A stretch of 64,000 nt of DNA, from positions 15,365 through 79,364 of the IMG/VR virus record IMGVR_UViG_3300010401_000002; one strand, 5' to 3'. Of the stretch, positions 30,130-40,712 are shown piece after piece (positions within the stretch are counted from its first letter, which is position 1; every line of letters begins with the position of its first letter). Position numbers and translations under genes: made by a program. The stretch is from a virus. Under the pieces are notes generated by a model that ran no database searches, was not told the DNA's origin, and saw nothing but the letters and a program-made list of their open reading frames with translations.

Positions 30130-30776
30130 TAGCAATGTTTGATGTGGTTCAGGGAGAACAGCAATGGTTTGAGATTCGATGGGGTAAAGTAGGTGGCACA
30201 CTTGCAAAAGGTTTGTTTGTTGATAGCGATACCCTTATGATAAAAATGCTTGCAGATAAATTAGAGGAATTTGAATTGAGTGAAGATGATTTTCAAAGTG
30301 CCGCAATGGAAAATGGGACTATGCTTGAACCCGAAGCAAGGGCGCAACTGTCAGACTATACAAATCTTAAATTTTTACCCTGCGGTTGGCTGCAATCTGA
30401 ATCAATCCCAATATTGGGTATAAGCCCAGATGGTATAACAGAGGACTTAAAAACAACTTGTGAATTAAAGTGTCCTGAAAGAGCAAAGCACACAAGCACA
30501 GTTTACAATAAAGAAATACCATTAGATAATATTCATCAATGCGTACACTACTTTACGGTAAACTCAAAACTCGAAAAACATTATTTTGTTTCATTCAGGC
30601 CGCAAAGTAAAGTGCCATTGTTTGTAAAAGAGTTGACAAGGGATAGTTTGGTGAACTTAGGAACAGCAAGTAAACCACAAATAAAAACAGTTGGCGAATG
30701 GTCACAACTTGCAAGGGCAAATGCAATTGTTTTACAAGCAAAAATAAACGAAGGGGAAATCAAGGTAACATTTTAA
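30126..30776 (+). CDS. YqaJ/lambda-exonuclease family protein
   Basis: QGEQQWFEIRWGK, AMENGTMLEPEAR, SPDG, ELKCP, Q motifs. Confidence 0.88.
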   Translation: MIAMFDVVQGEQQWFEIRWGKVGGTLAKGLFVDSDTLMIKMLADKLEEFELSEDDFQSAAMENGTMLEPEARAQLSDYTNLKFLPCGWLQSESIPILGISPDGITEDLKTTCELKCPERAKHTSTVYNKEIPLDNIHQCVHYFTVNSKLEKHYFVSFRPQSKVPLFVKELTRDSLVNLGTASKPQIKTVGEWSQLARANAIVLQAKINEGEIKVTF

Positions 30777-30791
30777 ATATAATCAATCATT

Positions 30792-31955
30792 ATGGAAGTA
30801 ACACAAATCGAAACAGTAAGCGAACAGGCATTAGAAAAAGTAATCACAGACAGTGGGTTACAATTAAGTGACGCGGAGGCAATTAAGCAATCCTATCTGC
30901 CATTCTTTAATCAGTTAGCCGGAATCAAAGCGGAAGCTGAAAAAATAAACTTTGATAACCCTACTACAACGGATGAAATGATTGCGCGGGAATTAAGATT
31001 GCGCACAGTAAAAATTCGCACAGGGTCGGAATTGGTTAAAGATGAAAGAAAGAAGATTCATTCGCTTAAAGCCAACTTGGAGCAATCTGCATGGAACTTA
31101 ATCAAATCAACTTGTCAATTAGACGAAGAACGATTTAATCAAGTTGAAAAGCGTAGAGAGATTTTGGAGAAACAGCGTAAGGCAGACCTCAAAAAAGAGC
31201 GCACCGAAAAGCTGTTACTGTATTGTGAAATCGCTGAACAATTGCCTTTGGGTGAAATGAGTGAAGTTGATTTTGAGAATATGTTTAACGGATATAAGGC
31301 TACCTATGACGCTAAGGTCGAAGCAGAACGTAAGGCAGAAGAAGAAAGGTTGCTTAAAGCGGAACAGGAACGTTTAGAAAATGAGCGCATCAGGGTTGAG
31401 AATGAAAGGTTGCGTGTTGAGGCGGAACAAAAAGAAAAGGCGTTGGCTGCTGAACGTGCTGAACAGGAACGTATATTGGCAGAGCAACAAGCAAAACTTG
31501 AAGAAGAACGTAAAATGGCTGCTGCTAAATTGGAGCAGGAAAGAAAGGAAGCAGAAGAAAAGTTAAGAATTGAGCGTGAATCACAGGCAAAACAATTGGC
31601 AGAAGCAGAGAAAAAAGCGCAAGAAGTTGCCGCCAAATTAAAGGCTGAACAGGATGCTATATTAGAGCAAGAGCGTGCCGCCAAAGCAAAACTTGAAGCC
31701 GAATTAAAAGCAAAGGCTGATGCTGAATTGAAATTAAAACAGGAGGCTGAACAGAATGAAAAAGACCGTATCGCTGCTGAAAAGGCTGCGGCAAAAGCAC
31801 CGGATAAGGTTAAATTAAAGGCGTGGATTGAATCAATTAAAATGAATGATATTCCAACGGGATTAAGCAACGAATCGGGAACGGTTGGCATGTTGATTTC
31901 AAACAAGTTTGATGGCTTTAAAACATGGGCTTTACAACAAATTGAATTACTTTAA
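30792..31955 (+). CDS. Long coiled-coil protein
   Basis: E/K/A/R-rich heptads; typical neighbour of phage recombination genes. Confidence 0.7.
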   Translation: MEVTQIETVSEQALEKVITDSGLQLSDAEAIKQSYLPFFNQLAGIKAEAEKINFDNPTTTDEMIARELRLRTVKIRTGSELVKDERKKIHSLKANLEQSAWNLIKSTCQLDEERFNQVEKRREILEKQRKADLKKERTEKLLLYCEIAEQLPLGEMSEVDFENMFNGYKATYDAKVEAERKAEEERLLKAEQERLENERIRVENERLRVEAEQKEKALAAERAEQERILAEQQAKLEEERKMAAAKLEQERKEAEEKLRIERESQAKQLAEAEKKAQEVAAKLKAEQDAILEQERAAKAKLEAELKAKADAELKLKQEAEQNEKDRIAAEKAAAKAPDKVKLKAWIESIKMNDIPTGLSNESGTVGMLISNKFDGFKTWALQQIELL

Positions 31956-31960
31956 TCAAA

Positions 31961-32326
31961 ATGACAAAATATTACAAGGTGGTTGAGGTTGAGAAGGAGT
32001 TGCCGGAATGTGGAATTGACTTTATAACAATACACAGGGATGGACACGTACATATATGGCACAGAGGTTATAACGGCAAAAACGAGAATGACCAACAGTA
32101 CAGAAATTTGTTAGTACATTCTGGTATAACCCATTGGCTCAAAGAAATTACCCCGTCCGACCTACCCCCTGCCTCGGATGATAAAGAGATTGAAAGGTTA
32201 GGGGCTATTGCATTAGAAGAAACGAACAACATTTCAGTTCTGACAATTAACGATGACGAAGAAAATATCTTTAGAGTTGGCTTTGTCTTAGGCTATAAAA
32301 ATGCGCTCAATACACTATTCAAATGA
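31961..32326 (+). CDS. DUF551-like protein
   Basis: VEKELPE ... ITHWL. Confidence 0.45.
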   Translation: MTKYYKVVEVEKELPECGIDFITIHRDGHVHIWHRGYNGKNENDQQYRNLLVHSGITHWLKEITPSDLPPASDDKEIERLGAIALEETNNISVLTINDDEENIFRVGFVLGYKNALNTLFK

Positions 32327-32487
32327 TTCCAAACCTCCTCTTCATCCTTTACATCGAAACCCGCGAACGCTTCCTGTCTGCGCTTCATTGGGCTAAACAT
32401 AATTATTACGAAATAATCGTGATGGTGGGGCTGATTGCTATAGGAATAGTGTTTGTGTGGATAGGGATAAAGTTTGGAGGGAGGTAA
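32323..32487 (+). CDS. Small membrane peptide (54 aa, not in ORF track)
   Basis: MIPNLLFILYIETRERF...IIVMVGLIAIGIVFVWIGIKFGGR*; ATGA-coupled; exactly fills the gap. Confidence 0.6.
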   Translation: MIPNLLFILYIETRERFLSALHWAKHNYYEIIVMVGLIAIGIVFVWIGIKFGGR

Positions 32488-32488
32488 G

Positions 32489-32833
32489 ATGAAACAGAAC
32501 GAAATAATAGAGGGCAACAAAGTTATCGCTGATTTTGCTGCATTAAAAAGCGAATCTGGTTATTGGCTATTGATTGTCAAATCGGATAGCGGGTGGTTCA
32601 ATTTCCTCGAATTGAAATATAATGAATCATGGGACTGGCTAATGCCCGTTGTCGAAAAGATTGAATCATTAGGCTATTACTTTATGATTAACAAATGGAC
32701 GAGTGCATATACAAACGGAGCTGATGGAGATAGAATATCTATAACAACGGTAGAGGGCAAAACAAAGATTCTTAACACATGGAAAGCCGTAGTTGAGTTC
32801 ATAAAATGGCACAATCAAAACAATTCAAAATGA
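32489..32833 (+). CDS. Conserved Bacteroidota-phage hypothetical protein
   Basis: GNKVIADF ... LKYNESWDWLMPVVEKIE motif. Confidence 0.65.
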   Translation: MKQNEIIEGNKVIADFAALKSESGYWLLIVKSDSGWFNFLELKYNESWDWLMPVVEKIESLGYYFMINKWTSAYTNGADGDRISITTVEGKTKILNTWKAVVEFIKWHNQNNSK

Positions 32834-32943
32834 TACCCCGCATCCTCGCCTTCATCGAAACATCTCGTTGGACACCGCGAATACTTATTATCGTTGTGTT
32901 GGGGCTGATTTGGTTGATGGCGAGGGTGGAGAATATAATATGA
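32830..32943 (+). CDS. Small membrane peptide (37 aa, not in ORF track)
   Basis: MIPRILAFIETSRWTPRILIIVVLGLIWLMARVENII*; ATGA-coupled on both sides. Confidence 0.6.
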   Translation: MIPRILAFIETSRWTPRILIIVVLGLIWLMARVENII

Positions 32944-33296
32944 TGGAAAGAAAAATAAACGAAAACGATTTGGTTGATTCTGAAATGCTAAAAACATACG
33001 GAGAAATTGATGGACTGAAAGTCATTGAGGAATTATTGTTGTTCAAAGGCGTACAGGTTGCGGGGGCAACAAAGATTGTTCACAAAAAACACTTAGACGA
33101 TATTGCATTGGTGGTTTATGGACTAAAGGCAAACGCAACCAATAGACTATACGTAGGGATGCAATTGGATAAGTTTTATAACCGTGCAGGGCTGGTGTGC
33201 GATAGTGGGAGAGTAAAAGTTCCTGTTAGTATTTATAACAGAGTTAAAGAATTAAACGATAGTTACAAAACTAAAGATAATCAAACATATGAATAA
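32940..33296 (+). CDS. Hypothetical protein
   Basis: Likely true start at MMERK (32940) within ORF 32868-33296. Confidence 0.5.
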   Translation: MMERKINENDLVDSEMLKTYGEIDGLKVIEELLLFKGVQVAGATKIVHKKHLDDIALVVYGLKANATNRLYVGMQLDKFYNRAGLVCDSGRVKVPVSIYNRVKELNDSYKTKDNQTYE

Positions 33297-34395
33297 ACAC
33301 CTACTCTTATTTTTATTGTTGTGCAGCGTTTCGGCAGGGGCGCAAATGAAACAACCTCCACCTTGCAAAGTCCTGTACCCGCCACCAACAGCAAGATTCG
33401 CGCTAATGAACCTCCCGTTCGTTGCAGGTCAAATGTCAGCGCACGTTTCAATAGACTTTGATTGTGACAGCATCCTTACCCATGACAAAGGTGCAAACTT
33501 AGAAAAGTATGTGCGCGATACTTTATTTAAGCAGGTAAAGAAATGGTTTGGTATAGACAGCATAAACGTAGATTATCATTCAACACATGGTTGGCTAACT
33601 ACCGACCCTGAAACAGCAGCAGGAATAACTTCATCTGCTATGTGGCTATCATCGTTCAGAGATAGAATGATTGTAAGCCACCCTGCAAGTGATTATCATG
33701 TATATCTATCAGGTAGCGGGGTGAACATGGGTGGGTCGGCATATCTCGGAACATTAGGAACTAATTATAATGTAGCGTTCTGCAACCTGCATACTTATGA
33801 CCATGACGAATTAGATTCGGTATATGATTGGAACGTTGAGTGTGTGGCGCACGAAATAGCACATGGGTTTTTTGCCTCGCACACACATGGATGCTGCTGG
33901 AACGGCAATAATACCGCGATAGATTCATTGCCTGGATATACGGAAGGTGGCTGTATAGTTGGTGGCGGCAACATCGCAATACCTACTATTGGCGGTACAA
34001 TCGAAAGCTATGGACACATAACTCAATACGGTATTAAGTTTTACTTGGGTTGGGGAGAGCAGCCACGCGATACTATGAGGGGCTTTATTCAGACTGCTAA
34101 TATAGCGGGCAAACTACTCTACCCCAACGGCTACAATCCCTGCTCCCCACCATCAGTAACATCAATCTCTCCCGATACGTTATCGTGCTATGTAAGTTGG
34201 ACGGCAAATTCATTTAAGTATCGTTACAGATACCGTAAGATTGGGCAGATATGGAACGCTGCTATACCGAGAACTACGAACAGCGCAACCATAACAGGAT
34301 TGAGCAGCAAGACTTCGTATAGCGTACAAGTGCGAGCGTATTGTAATGGAGCGTTTGGTAATTGGGGTGTATTGAAAACTTTTAAGACGAAATAG
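33289..34395 (+). CDS. Secreted M12/reprolysin-like zinc metalloprotease with C-terminal fibronectin type III domain
   Basis: Signal peptide (..SAGA/Q), GGSAYLG, HEIAHGFFASHTH, GGTIESYGH; FN3 pattern VSW...YRYRYR...ITGLSSKTSYSVQVRAYC. Confidence 0.8.
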   Translation: MNKHLLLFLLLCSVSAGAQMKQPPPCKVLYPPPTARFALMNLPFVAGQMSAHVSIDFDCDSILTHDKGANLEKYVRDTLFKQVKKWFGIDSINVDYHSTHGWLTTDPETAAGITSSAMWLSSFRDRMIVSHPASDYHVYLSGSGVNMGGSAYLGTLGTNYNVAFCNLHTYDHDELDSVYDWNVECVAHEIAHGFFASHTHGCCWNGNNTAIDSLPGYTEGGCIVGGGNIAIPTIGGTIESYGHITQYGIKFYLGWGEQPRDTMRGFIQTANIAGKLLYPNGYNPCSPPSVTSISPDTLSCYVSWTANSFKYRYRYRKIGQIWNAAIPRTTNSATITGLSSKTSYSVQVRAYCNGAFGNWGVLKTFKTK

Positions 34396-34397
34396 AT

Positions 34398-34823
34398 ATG
34401 GTAGCATCAGAATTAAGAATAGGTAATTTGGTAAACAGGAAGTATTTAAACCCCAACCCGCGTAATACAGGATATGAATATGAACCTGCTGAAATTACAC
34501 TGATAAGAGAAAACTCCTGTAATATAAAGTTAAAGGATGGAAATAAGTTAGACATTGCATTTAAGCATGGTTCTATAAGCCCTATTGCGATTACAGAAAG
34601 ATGGTTGTTAGATTTTGATTTTGAGAAGGAGTTTAATAATACAAATTCGAGGTGGGAATATTTTATATCGCGTCATGGCAGCAATGTAATTATTGAGCCG
34701 TTTAACAGTCAATGGATATTTATTTGGGAATTAAATTTTGTTGGCAGACCAATTGATTCTGTTCACCAACTCCAAAACTTATATTTCGCGCTCACAGGTC
34801 AGGAATTAACAATAAAAGATTAA
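34398..34823 (+). CDS. Conserved Bacteroidota-phage hypothetical protein
   Basis: SELRIGN ... VHQLQNLYFALTGQEL motif. Confidence 0.65.
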   Translation: MVASELRIGNLVNRKYLNPNPRNTGYEYEPAEITLIRENSCNIKLKDGNKLDIAFKHGSISPIAITERWLLDFDFEKEFNNTNSRWEYFISRHGSNVIIEPFNSQWIFIWELNFVGRPIDSVHQLQNLYFALTGQELTIKD

Positions 34824-34828
34824 GGACA

Positions 34829-37800
34829 ATGATAGCCGCAAAAGAATTAGCCCAATACGGCAAAGTTGAACAATGTGAAGATTCTGGAGAAATGTTCCAT
34901 GTAAAAATCACAAAAGGTTTTAGCATGAATATGCGAAACACATTTGAGTTATTGGATAAAATAAGAAAATCAGTTAGTGGCAAGTACAATACAATTCACG
35001 AACTTAAAACAGATAAAGATATATTTCACTTAATTTTAAAACGATAACATCATGACAAAATTTGACGAATACTCCGAAATCCAAAAACATAAAGTCCAGT
35101 TAATGTCACTTTGGTTTAATCAGGGAGAGCGCCACAACGCGCCCTGTACCTTCATTAACGGGGTAACAAATACAGAAGGAACTAAAACATCTACGGAACT
35201 GCGGATGCTTTTATTCAACGGCTTAGATTATCCTGTTAAGTTCTTCTTAGAAGATGTGTACACCGAAAAGATGGCACTATACTTTTATAACACCTTTGAG
35301 CGATTGGATGGCGCACCTGTACCGCGACCGGAACCAATTGAGGCAACTAATGGCCAGCGTGAATCAGAACTACTTCGCGTAAACACCCGCTTCAATCATG
35401 GGGATATGGTGGAGGCTGCTTACGTGAGGTTGGAGTTTATGTTTGGGGTGGATTTGGAGAGTTGGGGTGCGTCTTACTATAATGGAGGGGTGTGAGATGG
35501 ATGACAAACAAATTATAATATCGGGATGCTGCTTTATAATAGGGTATTTAATGGGAAGGTTAAAACAATGGCTAAAAAAGAATTAGAAAAAGTAAGGTGT
35601 AGTGTATGCGGTAGAATATATACTGCAAGAATACCTAAAGGCGGGGATGGTACATTTTTATATCCACGAAGGCATCAGAGTTTAATAGGCAATCCATGCA
35701 AAGGTAATCTTCAAGAGGCGGAATATCTTAACCCCTACCCCACGCGGGAACAATAATATTAAGAAAAATAAAAACAATAAATTATGGAAAACGAACAAAC
35801 AAAAAATGGAGTTAAATCAGACTGCGGAATGTATTCTGATAAGCAGGGTTTTCAAATAGGTAAGTTTGAAATTTCAATTATGGATGAAGGCGAAAGGCAA
35901 ACCGTGTGGATAACTGACACTTCAATTGGCGATGGTGGTGAATTTCCGCTAAAGGATATTGAGGGGATTATCGAAGAATATTATAATAAAAACGTTTAAC
36001 CCCAACGCGGCACTAACAAGAAAAATAAAAGGAGGAAATAAAAGATGGAAAATTATGAACAAGAGGGTTCAACAATATGGTGGCGAAGTATTTCGTGGGA
36101 TGAGCAAAATAGGCTATCAAAGAAATACCCTGATTTTAACGGAGTATATGCTATACATAACATTTGGGTTTACGAAAAAAAACCAAGTCCAATTAATCTT
36201 AACCCCATGCACACAAAAAACGATAACAAAGAGCCGCATGAGTTCTGGAATGAATTGCAGCAACTTCTTAATAAGCACTCAAAAGAAAACGGCAGCAATA
36301 CGCCTGACTTTATTTTGGCTGATTATTTAAAAGAGTCGCTGCATCTGTTTAATCAGAGTGTTAATCGCAGGGAGGAGTGGCATGGGAAGAATAAGGTGAT
36401 ACAGAATGATGCTATTGAATTTGCAGAATGGTTAGACTTATACGGATGGAAAAGAGTCCCTGTAACTAACAGGCAATGGAAAGACGGACCGCATACAAAG
36501 ACTATTGATGAACTTTATAAATCATTTAAATCAAAATAATTTGAACCTGTTCGAGCATCCTGATTTGATAAAATAATATTAAAGAAAAATGAAACTCACA
36601 AAGAAAGCACTCAACGAATTTATTGGATGGACAACAAGCCGTTACAATAATTATTTGGGATATGGCACTAAAAAAGAAGCGGTTGATTTAGCATTTAATT
36701 CTATAAAGAACGGTTACTATACTTTGATTTGGCTTAAAAGAGATAAGACACAGGTTGTTAAAGAAGATAAAGAAAAAACAGTTTTTGAAATTCGCTGTGC
36801 AAGCTCTGTTGGAGAATCGGGAACAGGCAAATATTGGAAAGTAAAACAGTCGGGCGATGATTATATTGTTGACTGCATTAATAAAACTATCACAGCAATA
36901 CGTTCAAATCGGTTAATTAGATTTGATTGATTACCTTGCACATTCACTTTAATACTTGTACTATGAATAACTACACTATAGGCGCTGACGGACTACACGA
37001 TAGTAAGCCAATTGTATTTAAAGATAACGCGGTTGTCAGCCCTGTCCGCAACGAAGAAGATTTTATGGAACAGGTTTTGAAAATTAAATCTTACTATGAT
37101 AATCCACGTCCAAAACTTCGCTATAAATCTGACCTATATTGCTCTTTTATGATGATTCTTAATTCACTTTAATACCTCTAATATGGACAATAAGCAAAAA
37201 CTCGAACAATCATTAATCGCACTGCTAACAGAAGTTGATGTTTCAATAGTAGCCGACATAAGAAATAAAGTTGCAGCAGCAATACACGAAAGCATTGTTG
37301 ATGTGTGCCACAGAATGCTTAAACTTTCAGAACAATGCGAAGAGTTTGGAGAAGAAAAAGTAAAGGCTATACGGAAAATATTGTTGGATAATTTAATTGA
37401 GGAATTAAAACCGGAGTAATGAGAAAATATTGCTACTACATATTTTTTGAACTTGCACATAAGGACGGAAAGACCTATGTAAATTCAAGGACGTGGGTTT
37501 GGTTAATTTTTTTTCCTTTGCTTCTGTGTGGTGTTTTTCTTGTAAAAATAGTAAGTGGGGTTATAACAGGTTTAATAGAGTTTATTTTTGAGGCGTTTAA
37601 TATGGGTGAGCCAACCAAGTATAGAAAAGAGGATATTGATTCATATAAATCACGGTCTTTAAAAAGCAAATTAAACATGATAAAAAATCTAATAGAATTA
37701 TAAATAAATAAAAACATGGAAAGTTTAATAGGCAAAAAAATAAAAGTAAAGTACGATTTTCCTCTCGATAATGAGGTGTTTGAAATTATAGGAGAGCGCA

Positions 37801-38581
37801 AAAATCAGATAGAAATTCAGGGCGATTTTTCGGCAGGAACTCACAATGTTCTTCAATCGTCATGGATTGATAAGAATAGTATTAAGGAAATTTTACAAAC
37901 AAATTAAATAACAACATGGAATTAGCATTAGTAAAATCCACATTAAAAGGAATGAAGCCCAACACACCGTTAAAAATTAACGGATGGGACTTTCAGTTTT
38001 TAAAACTTTCCCCTAACGGAAAATATGTAATGAGTGTTGACGGCAAATCGCTGTATTACTCAAAAATACATGCAATAGAAATTTTACAAACAAATTAAAC
38101 AACATGAAAATAAAAACATTCAAAAACGGCTATAAACACGGATGGGAAATTAATTTCATCATCAGCGTTTTCAATTTAAGAATTGCAAGGTATCAATTGG
38201 CTTTGTGGTGTAATTATAATGCTATATTTAACTTTGCACTATGATTAAAGCGGTTTTAATATACCTTGCACTATTACCAATAGACTACCTGATAAGTATA
38301 TTTACAAATAAGACTTTTAATGATGCTCATAAGGAAACAATGAACGCTATAAAAAACTCTTTGAAATGAAAGAATTGAAAGACGGCACAAAAGTGTCATC
38401 GCGAAGCTATTACTTTCTATTAGACTGGAATGAGCAAGATGAACACAAAACTATTTATAATTCATGCGGCAAAATGAGCTTGTCGGAATTAAACGCTTTG
38501 GAATATTCGTTGTTGTTTCAATATGCAACAGCGAAGGAGATTGAATCGTTGAGGGTTAAAACAAACGAAATGGCTAATTAA
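34829..38581 (+). other. Array of ~14 small hypothetical genes
   Basis: Tightly packed co-oriented ORFs (e.g. 35052-35495, 35784-35999, 36045-36539, 36589-36930, 37183-37419, 37716-37907, 37916-38098, 38366-38581). Confidence 0.6.
37887..38099 (+). repeat. 22-bp direct repeat flanking a 60-aa gene
   Basis: GAAATTTTACAAACAAATTAAA at 37887-37908 and 38078-38099. Confidence 0.85.
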
Positions 38582-38605
38582 TATTTTAATAATAATCTCT
38601 AACAA

Positions 38606-40711
38606 ATGAAACTAACAAACTTATCCCCAATTCAAACTTGGGTAATCGGGCTAATCATCGCATCAATAATGCGGCTTTGCGCTATCGGGGTGGCTGGGGC
38701 GCAGACGTTTACCCTAACGAACGCATCAAAGCCTGTAATATGGAACACTGTATCAACCTCAAAGGAATACACGTTCTCATTCTATTTTAAATCAGATACA
38801 GGAACCCATGAATTAAGAAGTGTGCCGCTATGGAGTTGTGCTAATCAGGGTGGCAGCTTATCATGGCAGTATCTTAACTACAATTCGTTTGAGATTCAGC
38901 TAAATCAAAAGATAGGCTACCAAACTATTTGTGATGGCAACTTCCATAAATTAACTTTCAGGATAGGCAAAGGAGTACAGGAGGTTCTTATAGATTCAAT
39001 TCTGTTAGCAAGTCAGCCGTATGGTGAAGTTTCGTTTAGCGGACAGGCTATGTTTAGCAGTACAAGCGATTATGATAGGGTGAGCGGTACAATAAAAGAC
39101 CCGATGTTTGTTGACAGGTATGTATCTTCAAGCAATGAACGACCGATGCCAAAGGGCACGTTATTTAAACGGAATCTACCAGTTGGCTTAGTGTGGAACG
39201 ATGAAATAGGGCAATGGGATTGGAGTAATGTAAAGCCTCTTTATATTCAACTTTCAGAATGTCAGCGATTAGCATTCCCTACAGGCGCCCCCAAGATTCA
39301 CCTATACTTCGATTTCTTTCAATTGGGCGGTCAGTTAGATTCTACGGTATCAAAAGATTCAGCGATAAAAGCGGGTGTGATGATTGCTAAGTACATGGCT
39401 GATTATAATAATTGTGATGTTCGGGCTATTTCTAATTCACAAAACTATTGGGACTATAAAGACCAAGCAACTTCTGAATATGGAAAGTTTAATGCGGCAA
39501 TGCTTACGCTTGCAAACAGTAATGCAGCATATCAGGTAAGGGTTGATTGTTCCTTGTCGCAACTAGATGATTTGCCGCCATTCAAAACAATTACTACAGA
39601 ACAGTTCGCGGCCATGTATCCAAATGAACCATTATCAACCTTTGATGGTATGGCTGGAATACTTGAAACACAGTACAGGGATATACAGGGAAAATTAAAT
39701 AAACCTATTTTATTTGTAGTTGCCGACAATGAATATGCAAACAAATGGCTTGACACCGCTAAGTATGAATTGAATCCCGCTTGTAAGGCCGATAAAGAAG
39801 CATCACATTTAAGTTGGTGGGGTTACTGTTCACAGCAATACACTAATGCAATGAACAGGATTTATGCAGGTATTAAACGTGCTTGTCCTTCTGCTGAAAT
39901 CGTTGAATATGATGTAAACTGTCTTAATGAGTGTAACTATTACTACGACCCTAAGTTTCAATATAGGATTGCATTAAACACAAACAGACAGGGCACAGAC
40001 CAATTATATCCACGCAACATTAATGCAATGCTAATGGGGTACGGGGACTATAGAGGATTGTTGAATTACGAGCAGGTGTCTAAACGCGGTCAAACTAAAT
40101 CGGGCTACAACTTAAATACTCCGTTCGTTGGTGTCGGTTATTTAGGCGACCCTAATTTTGATATTGATGCAACACATATAATCGGATTGGAAACATTTTT
40201 AGTTGCAACAGGGTCAGCATCTTTATATCCTGCATTATTCATTCAGGGTGGAAACAATCCTAATCCTAAATCATTGGCGACACAGTTAATGGCGGCATCA
40301 ATAGCACAGGCGGCTTGCAAAAATATATGGGACGTTGTTTTAGCAGGAAGCACATTACCCGGTGATAGGAGCAACGCATGGAGTTGTTACAACGGGACTA
40401 ATTATACATTTTGGTTTGGCGACTTTGAGTGCATTGCAGGTGTTAGGCAAATACCGAATACAACAAAATATGCTATATCAACCTTTCATGGTGCTGCTAC
40501 ACTGCTTAAAACCGATTATCCTTATAAAAAAGCAGGTGGTATCTGGTTGAACGGGAAATACATTCCATTAGAAGCAGGGGCGCAAACTTTTGTATATACC
40601 TATGATAGTTCAAAGCCTTATGAGAAAGGTAAAAATCCGAAAAGGGTTAATAGTTGGGTGAAGTTAGGAAGTATGGATAATTGGCCTAAAGCGGTTGCGA
40701 CGGAAGAATAA
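38606..40711 (+). CDS. Secreted protein: LamG/ConA-like domain plus putative glycoside-hydrolase-like domain
   Basis: Hydrophobic leader ending AGA/Q; FSFYFK...DGNFHKLTF...VLID LamG-like pattern; VVADNEY resembles a clan GH-A acid/base motif. Confidence 0.5.
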   Translation: MKLTNLSPIQTWVIGLIIASIMRLCAIGVAGAQTFTLTNASKPVIWNTVSTSKEYTFSFYFKSDTGTHELRSVPLWSCANQGGSLSWQYLNYNSFEIQLNQKIGYQTICDGNFHKLTFRIGKGVQEVLIDSILLASQPYGEVSFSGQAMFSSTSDYDRVSGTIKDPMFVDRYVSSSNERPMPKGTLFKRNLPVGLVWNDEIGQWDWSNVKPLYIQLSECQRLAFPTGAPKIHLYFDFFQLGGQLDSTVSKDSAIKAGVMIAKYMADYNNCDVRAISNSQNYWDYKDQATSEYGKFNAAMLTLANSNAAYQVRVDCSLSQLDDLPPFKTITTEQFAAMYPNEPLSTFDGMAGILETQYRDIQGKLNKPILFVVADNEYANKWLDTAKYELNPACKADKEASHLSWWGYCSQQYTNAMNRIYAGIKRACPSAEIVEYDVNCLNECNYYYDPKFQYRIALNTNRQGTDQLYPRNINAMLMGYGDYRGLLNYEQVSKRGQTKSGYNLNTPFVGVGYLGDPNFDIDATHIIGLETFLVATGSASLYPALFIQGGNNPNPKSLATQLMAASIAQAACKNIWDVVLAGSTLPGDRSNAWSCYNGTNYTFWFGDFECIAGVRQIPNTTKYAISTFHGAATLLKTDYPYKKAGGIWLNGKYIPLEAGAQTFVYTYDSSKPYEKGKNPKRVNSWVKLGSMDNWPKAVATEE

Positions 40712-40712
40712 C

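Noticed and set aside
31304-31906. 200-aa minus-strand ORF and similar antisense ORFs (e.g. 22108-22617, 21568-22002)
   Set aside because: Codon-bias shadows of strong plus-strand genes.
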